DNA from: an uncultured virus (IMG/VR IMGVR_UViG_3300037067_020960) | Taxonomy: Duplodnaviria > Heunggongvirae > Uroviricota > Caudoviricetes | DNA: 20,000 nucleotides | Virus record (IMG/VR): IMGVR_UViG_3300037067_020960 | Strand: one strand, 5' to 3' | In this document: piece by piece, positions 1 to 6,300 of the stretch | Layout of the letters: every line of letters starts with the position of its first letter | How positions within the stretch are numbered: the first letter of the stretch is position 1 | Notes under the pieces: model-generated | Told to the model about the DNA's origin: nothing | The model's database searches: none | Seen by the model: only the letters and a program-made list of their open reading frames with translations | Position numbers and translations under genes: made by a program

Positions 1-1
1 A

Positions 2-523
2 TGGATGGAGTGGTGTTTTGTGGAACTTGATAAAATGTCTTGGTGGAAAAGAAAAATCACTAGATTCAAAAAAAGTCGTGAACTTGGGTTCAAACATTTA
101 GATTGGGAAATCAGTTTGATTAATCCGAATAGTGAACATTTTGATAAACAATCATATACTGAAAATTTTTTAAAACAATATGGAAGTCTTGAAGAATTTA
201 AAAAACATGAAGATTACAAAAAAACTCAATCAGCTATTGCTCAAGAAATTAAAGATTTGTATATTTGGTGGAAAGATATTTATCAGACAAGACCAGATTC
301 AATTGATGTAAAAGGTGATCTTGGATATAGTTGGAGCGAATATTGTGATATGATGCATAAAAAAAATCCGGATGATTTCTTTTTTGAGAATAAAACCGAA
401 GAAGAAAAGAAAATTTGTGATTCTTCTTTAAAAGCAAGTAGAGAAACTGAAGAAAAATATGAAAAAGAAAATACTGAAATGCTTATACGATTAATTAAAA
501 TCAGAAGGTCATTATGGACGTGA
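2..523 (+). CDS. Phage hypothetical protein, probably 5'-truncated by the window edge
   Basis: The frame is open from base 2 (TGG ATG GAG...). The motifs 'EIKDLYIWWK..RPD' and the C-terminal 'EMLIRLIKIRRSLWT' resemble a hypothetical family I recall from large phages. TGA at 521-523 overlaps the next gene. Confidence 0.75.
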   Translation, partial: WMEWCFVELDKMSWWKRKITRFKKSRELGFKHLDWEISLINPNSEHFDKQSYTENFLKQYGSLEEFKKHEDYKKTQSAIAQEIKDLYIWWKDIYQTRPDSIDVKGDLGYSWSEYCDMMHKKNPDDFFFENKTEEEKKICDSSLKASRETEEKYEKENTEMLIRLIKIRRSLWT

Positions 524-786
524 AATATGGTTTTTCCGATTTACCGAAAACAGTACGCAAATATATTTGGAATAATGCTGCAAAATTAGCTGGTTGGAAA
601 AATTCTTCAGATCCTGGTAAAAATGGTTTAATCATGGATACAGAGTGGACGACATTTGCTTTAACGATTGATGGATGGATACTTGCTATTGCTCACGAAG
701 AGCTTCCAATTTCAAGAAAATTATTAAAATCTTTCGGCGAATTAAGACTTTCTCAGGTCAAAAAATATGTTTTAACAAAAAATTGA
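514..786 (+). CDS. Hypothetical protein (90 aa)
   Basis: ATG overlaps the end of the upstream gene, with AAGG just upstream, and the ORF fills the gap in the operon. No motif recognised. Confidence 0.7.
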   Translation: MDVKYGFSDLPKTVRKYIWNNAAKLAGWKNSSDPGKNGLIMDTEWTTFALTIDGWILAIAHEELPISRKLLKSFGELRLSQVKKYVLTKN

Positions 787-806
787 TGATTTCAAATTAG
801 GAGATT

Positions 807-1247
807 ATGCAAACGTTCTTACCGTTTCGGGACTTCAAACAATGTGCAAAAGTTCTTGATAACAAAAGATTGGGCAAACAGCGTGTTGAATGTCTTCAAT
901 TACTTAACAAACTTCTTGGCAAGAATACAGGTAAGGCTTGGGAGCACCATCCAGCATTGTTACAATGGGTAGAGTATGAAAAGTACCTTGCCTTATATAT
1001 GTATCGGATGATAGAAGAATGGAAGTCGCGAGGATTTCAAAATACAATGGAAGTTCCTTGTGAAGTTGATTTGTCGTTATCAGAAAATGATATTCCATGG
1101 ATTACTGAAGAATTAATGATGTCTCACAAATCTCGATTGTTACAGAAAGATTTAAAATTTTATAGTCAGTATGATTGGGATGTTCCAATGAATTTGGAAT
1201 ATGTATGGCCAAAAAGATGGAATAAAGGAAAAGGAGATCTTTTATGA
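807..1247 (+). CDS. Pyrimidine-dimer DNA glycosylase / endonuclease V-like protein (MSMEG_6728 family)
   Basis: Diagnostic motifs MQTFLP...LDNKRLGKQRVE, W.HHPA..QW, EEW..RG, PW, SH.S.LL.KD..FY and YVWP. AGGAG SD upstream. Confidence 0.88.
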   Translation: MQTFLPFRDFKQCAKVLDNKRLGKQRVECLQLLNKLLGKNTGKAWEHHPALLQWVEYEKYLALYMYRMIEEWKSRGFQNTMEVPCEVDLSLSENDIPWITEELMMSHKSRLLQKDLKFYSQYDWDVPMNLEYVWPKRWNKGKGDLL

Positions 1248-1897
1248 TTTCATTTAAAACTTCTTTGCAACGTGTTTCTTTGAAAACGAGAGATATTAAA
1301 CAAAATAAATTGTTAATTTATTTGAAAGCATTTCGTTATTTTATATGGTCAAATTTTGTATGTTTATTTGGCGAAATTCAAATTTATCCCAAAGCTCCTC
1401 CATTTGTAATTATAGGAAAAATTCAATATAAAGTAAATTGTGACCAAATTCGTGAAATGTTAAAACTTATCCATCCTGGAGATATATTAATCAGAAGATT
1501 TGAATCTTATATTTCTGGTAAAATGATTCCAGGACATTATACACATGTTGCATTATATTGTGGAGATCTTGATTCATTAAGACCAGATCGAGTAATTCAT
1601 GCTATAGGAGAAGGTGTTGTTGAAGAAGATTTTTTAAAATTTTGTCGTACTGATGAAATTGTAATAGTTCGTCCTGAGAAAACTCGAGATGAAATCAAAA
1701 TGGCAATTCAAAAAGCGATATCTCATAAAGATGCTCCATACGATTATGATTTTAATTTTTCAAATGATTTAAGATTTTCTTGCACTGAATTGGTATACGA
1801 TTGTTATGATCAAAATTTACCTATTATTGTCAAAAAAGTTATTTATCCTGATGCTTTTTTAAAAGCAGGAAAAATAATATACAAGACTGCGGTATAG
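1244..1897 (+). CDS. Permuted papain-like NlpC/P60 enzyme (YiiX/YebB/YaeF-like amidase/peptidase)
   Basis: Motif order PGDILI...GHYTHVALY...VIHAIGEGV...PYDYDF...FSCTELVYDCY...IYPDAF places the His before the Cys, as in the circularly permuted family. AGGAG SD and ATGA overlap with the upstream gene. Confidence 0.88.
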   Translation: MISFKTSLQRVSLKTRDIKQNKLLIYLKAFRYFIWSNFVCLFGEIQIYPKAPPFVIIGKIQYKVNCDQIREMLKLIHPGDILIRRFESYISGKMIPGHYTHVALYCGDLDSLRPDRVIHAIGEGVVEEDFLKFCRTDEIVIVRPEKTRDEIKMAIQKAISHKDAPYDYDFNFSNDLRFSCTELVYDCYDQNLPIIVKKVIYPDAFLKAGKIIYKTAV

Positions 1898-1919
1898 TAC
1901 TCTAAAGAGGAGTATGAAG

Positions 1920-2501
1920 ATGAATTTATTATCATTAAAAGATGGTAATGCTTTTGGTTATTTTGATTGTGATGATGATGATGAACCTATGGTTGCTGTA
2001 AAATGTAAAAATTTCCCCGCAGTTTCTGGAGAACTCACAGCACTTCCGTTATTTGGCTATTATGCCATGGGAAATAACTGTTCAGTATATCCTATTTGTA
2101 AAGTCGAAGATTATTCCAATTTAATGGATATTAAATTACAAAAAACTTTATTAAAAGATGTTACTTCTGGAACAATTTGTTTTACAGGTAATCAAGTGAA
2201 TATGGTTCAGAAAATTCTTGTTACTGATGGAATGAATATAAGTGGTAGGATGGTTGCTCCAATAGGAGATCCATTTTTGTTATCAAATGTGGCAGAAATA
2301 GAAGACCTTGGGTATTCAGGAATTTATCTTAATGAGGATGAAATTTTTGATGAAAATAAAATATTTAAAAGAAATACAAGATTTTGTCCAAACTGCGAAG
2401 AATATTCTCTCTATGAAATAGAAGATCCATTAAATGAAATGGATGATGTCATTTGTAAATGCGCAAACTGTCATTCTGTTGTTAAATTATGTTGGTTCTA
2501 G
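1920..2501 (+). CDS. Hypothetical protein with C-terminal zinc ribbon
   Basis: C-terminal CPNC...CANC pair. SD GAGGAG (1907-1912) is 7 nt from ATG 1920 but only 1 nt from ATG 1914, so 1920 is the preferred start. Confidence 0.75.
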   Translation: MNLLSLKDGNAFGYFDCDDDDEPMVAVKCKNFPAVSGELTALPLFGYYAMGNNCSVYPICKVEDYSNLMDIKLQKTLLKDVTSGTICFTGNQVNMVQKILVTDGMNISGRMVAPIGDPFLLSNVAEIEDLGYSGIYLNEDEIFDENKIFKRNTRFCPNCEEYSLYEIEDPLNEMDDVICKCANCHSVVKLCWF

Positions 2502-2520
2502 AATAATCTATGTTAATGTT

Positions 2521-2574
2521 GCATGAAGGGTAGCTCTCGCCTGTTGGTTCGAATCAACCTTCTTTATGCTTTTT
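2521..2574 (+). terminator. Stem-loop plus T-tract (probable intrinsic terminator) containing tRNA-like motifs
   Basis: GCATGAAG (2521-2528) pairs with CTTTATGC (2562-2569) and is followed by TTTTT. The loop contains TAGCTC and GGTTCGAATC. It lies 20 nt after a stop codon and just before a promoter. Confidence 0.55.
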
Positions 2575-2586
2575 ATTTATTTAGTC

Positions 2587-2615
2587 TTTACATATTCTTC
2601 AATATTATCTATACT
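2587..2615 (+). promoter_or_regulatory. Sigma70-type promoter
   Basis: -35 TTTACA (2587-2592), 17-nt spacer, -10 TATACT (2610-2615). Intergenic, upstream of SD AGGAG and ATG 2646. Confidence 0.75.
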
Positions 2616-2645
2616 TTTATGTAGGTGAATAAAAAGGAGAAATTT

Positions 2646-2825
2646 ATGGCTAGACCAAGAAAAACTGATTATTTTGTTTGTAAAGATTGCAAGAACGAAT
2701 TCAGAAAGAAAACGTACACTTCAGAAGTTGTTAGACGTTGTCAGTGTCCTCAGTGTTATACTGAAGAAATAACTAAAAAGAATACGGAAGCTGAAAATGA
2801 GCATAATTGCAACAATAACAATTAA
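2646..2825 (+). CDS. Small zinc-ribbon protein (59 aa)
   Basis: MARPRKTDYFVCKDC...CQCPQC. SD AGGAG at 2635-2639 supports ATG 2646 over GTG 2625. Confidence 0.75.
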   Translation: MARPRKTDYFVCKDCKNEFRKKTYTSEVVRRCQCPQCYTEEITKKNTEAENEHNCNNNN

Positions 2826-2955
2826 GAAACCGAAAGTTCGTAAAGTCTGGGCAATCAAACCAGTTACAAAAGTGAAGGAATCTAAAAAGATTTACACAAG
2901 AAAGAAGAAACCATATGAAACCGAAGATCGTATGGATTATAATACTTGTGATTAA
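2797..2955 (+). CDS. Small basic protein (52 aa), absent from the ORF track
   Basis: Manual translation: MSIIATITIKKPKVRKVWAIKPVTKVKESKKIYTRKKKPYETEDRMDYNTCD*. It overlaps the upstream gene by 29 nt and has weak GGAAG upstream. The R..W...PVT+V..SKK.Y.RK pattern resembles a small-protein family I recall from Firmicutes and phages. Confidence 0.65.
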   Translation: MSIIATITIKKPKVRKVWAIKPVTKVKESKKIYTRKKKPYETEDRMDYNTCD

Positions 2956-3055
2956 ATAATTTTCATGGAGCAGAGGAGAAGAGATGTTAATATTTCCGAT
3001 ATGATATCTCTGTCACAAAAAGTCTGCTTTAGTTAGTAGATTTATCATTATTTAT

Positions 3056-3259
3056 GTGAAACTAAATGATTTACTATATCACCGGAAAGAACTTAGTAAG
3101 AATGTAATTGATATGAGATTTATCTATTCATCGTATGTGAAGCTCATAGATTTTTATATATCAAAACGCCACCCACATGTAAATATTGCAGAAGAATCTG
3201 CAAAAGAATATGAAAATCAAAAGAAAATCAAATTAGAAAAATACAAAGAATTAGAGTGA
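3056..3259 (+). CDS. Hypothetical protein; true start uncertain (possibly interrupted or recoded)
   Basis: GTG start with no SD. The frame is open back to TGA 3002-3004. See findings. Confidence 0.4.
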   Translation: MKLNDLLYHRKELSKNVIDMRFIYSSYVKLIDFYISKRHPHVNIAEESAKEYENQKKIKLEKYKELE

Positions 3260-3292
3260 TAGATACTTCTCTTAAATCTTCGACTCTGCCTT

Positions 3293-3305
3293 TAAAATTA
3301 CTTCT
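3293..3305 (+). promoter_or_regulatory. Putative -10 element (TAAAAT) for a leaderless late transcript
   Basis: TTTAAAATTACTTCT directly before ATG 3306, with no SD. Nearly the same context precedes ATG 18570. Confidence 0.45.
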
Positions 3306-6300
3306 ATGCCAACTATAAGTCAAAGATTAGCACAATTCGGTTCATTCGATTTACGCCAAGTCGAAGATCCTTCTTGTCCGCCGCCACCACAACCAACAAT
3401 GGCAGTCAGTTCTACTGCGTCCGGGATTGTGGCAATTACTTGGAATGCTCCTAATGCTGATACAATTCAAATATATCGTTCTCCTGGAAATATTGTATAC
3501 CAATCACATCCAGAAGTGGGAACTGCTCCGGCAACAGGCACATTCATTGATAAAACTTTAGACCCAAAGATATATTATACATATATCGTAAGGAGTTCAA
3601 ATACGTGTGGCGAATCATGGTCAAGTGCTGCTACAATAAAACCTACTTGTGCTATACCACAGCCTTGTTCATTAAGTATTACAGAAGGTCAAAATACAAT
3701 TAGTGTAACATTTGATACCAAACCAAATGCTATATTATACAATCTTCATAGAAATGATGGTACAATAATTAAAATATCTGTTCCATCTGGAGTGCCAAGT
3801 TACAATTTTGTTGATACAAATGTTCTTCCAGGAATCACTTACACATATACATTAGAAGCAAATAATGAATGTGGTTCATCTTGGTCAAATGTTGTTACCG
3901 GAACAATCGAATGTGAATTACCGCCAAAAACTGTTCTCGATTTATCTGCTGATTATAAAGATATTACTGTTGCTTGGAATGAAGTAACTAATGTTACAAA
4001 ATATAGATTGTATCGCTGGAAAGAATCAGAGCCAAAACTTTTAATTTCAGAATTCATTGCAGGAGATAATACTTATTCATATAAAGATGAATCTCTTGAT
4101 TCTGAAACTCAATATTATTATCAAATAGAATTGGTCAATGATTGTGGTTCAATTTTTTCGGATGCATTTAATATTGCTATTAGTTGTGAAAACATTGAAC
4201 GTCCTGAAATATTTTTAACTAGCGGAAATCAAAGTGCCACAATCGAATGGTTAGAAGTAGATGTAGCTACTGAATATCAAATTTGGAGAGACAATGAGGA
4301 TGAATTAATATCAATTACAACAGGTGATACTAAATATATTGTAGATCCTACAGCTGCGCAAATTCGTTATAAATATATCGATGAGAATCTTGGTCCTGGT
4401 GAAACTTATTCGTATCGAGTGATTGCCAAAACTGATTGTAAATCAATTACTTCAAATGCAAAAAGTTTGAGAATTAAATGTGATACACCGAGTATTCCAG
4501 ATAGTTTTAAAGCAGTATCATCAGTAGAAAAAGTTGTTTTATTATGGGGTCCAACAGAAAATGCTCTTGGATACAAAATTTTTAGAAATGATGAATCAAG
4601 ACCAATTGCTACAATTGTCAATACAAAATATATTGATACTTCTGTAACTCCGGGGATAGCATATAGTTATCAAGTAATTGCTTATAATGATTGCGGCGAA
4701 TCTCAACCTACTGATAAAAAAATAGTTGCTGTAAAATGTGCATGTATGACTCCTCCGGCAAATGTTATGTTAACAAGAATGGAAAATACATTACGATTAA
4801 ATTGGGATGTTGAACCTGCTGCTCTTTCATATGAAATTTTTAAAAATGGACTTTTATACAATGAAGTTAAAGAAGCTGAATTTACAGATTTGTATCTTGA
4901 AGGATCTGGGCTTGTATTTTATCAAGTTAGAGCAAAAAATGTATGTGAAATTACAAAATTATCGAAAATTGTTGAATATGGTGTTAAGTGTACTGAAATG
5001 ATTGGGCAATTCAATCTTAGAATTGTTGGTAAAACTGATACATCTGCTACTTACGTATGGGATGAAATTCTTAATGCTACAAAATATATGATTAGAAAAT
5101 ATAACACAACGACTGGCACTTCTGAAGAAATTGAAGTTAAAGAATTAATGCAAACTAATATTTATTCAGATTTTGAACTTCAAGAAAATTCTAATTATAA
5201 AATTACTGTTTACGCATTTAATGCTTGTGGAGATAAAATCCAATCTGAAGTTGTAGCAATCAGCACAAGTTGTAATATCCCACAATTTCCAATTGGTATG
5301 CAAGCTGTTTCAGTAACTCCTATAAATGTCAAATTGAGTTGGTCAAAATCTGAACGAGCCGAATCGTATATTATATATAGAAATGGATATAAATATGATG
5401 AAGCTGATGGAACGTTCTTTAATGATAAAGAAGTGGAAGAAGCTCAAAAATATTTTTATGCTATTGCTGCTAAAAATGCATGTGGAGAAACTTCGAAAAC
5501 TTCTACCCTTCAAGTATATGTCCCTTGTAATAAAACAAAGAAAACAGAAATTACAGAAATTATAGCAGCAAGAAATTCTATTTATTTAACTTGGACAGAA
5601 GAAACTACAGAAGAATATTGGTTATATAGAAATGGAAAAAGAATTGCTCGTCTCGAATTAAATGAATTTGAAGATGTTGGACTGCAGTCTGGTACTCAAT
5701 TTGAATATCGTATTGCTACTGTAAATAAATGCCACGATACAGTATTATCAAAACCTAAAAAATCAATTACTTGTTATGATATTCAGGTTCCTTTAAATTT
5801 CGAAATCAATGAAATTACTCCAATTACAGCAAAATTAGAATTTCAAAGAGCTCATCTTGATGATATAATCGAAGTTTGGAGAAATGATTCTTTAATTGAT
5901 ACAATTACTACAGATGGGTATATGGATGATTCAGATTTAGTTCCAGGAGAAATTTATACTTATAGACTTGGAATTAAAAATAGTTGTGAAACAATTTATT
6001 CTAGCAATATTACTGTAACACTTCCATCTGGTCCAGAAGGTTCTATCAATTTAGTTGCTAATTATATTGGATCTACTTATAATTGTCTTTCGTGGACAAC
6101 TGAAGATTTAAAATTTGAAGAAGGATATATTGTTGAACGAGCTGAAAAAGATTTAAATACTAATTTTGCCGAAATAGCTAAAGTTCCTAAAACAACGAAT
6201 TATTATAAAGATGAAGCGATTGCTGAAAATACTAATTATTTATATAGAGTTGCTCCCATTAATGCTTATGGCACAGGAAATTATTCAAATCAATTAAAAG

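Noticed and set aside
2521..2574. Functional tRNA or tmRNA gene
   Set aside because: Too short, with no anticodon arm, an imperfect T-stem and no CCA or tag-reading frame. Kept only as a tRNA-like remnant.
2915..2959. 14-codon hydrophobic ORF MKPKIVWIIILVIK, in frame with the 3056 ORF
   Set aside because: No SD, nested in the 2797 ORF, and two stops separate it from the downstream frame.
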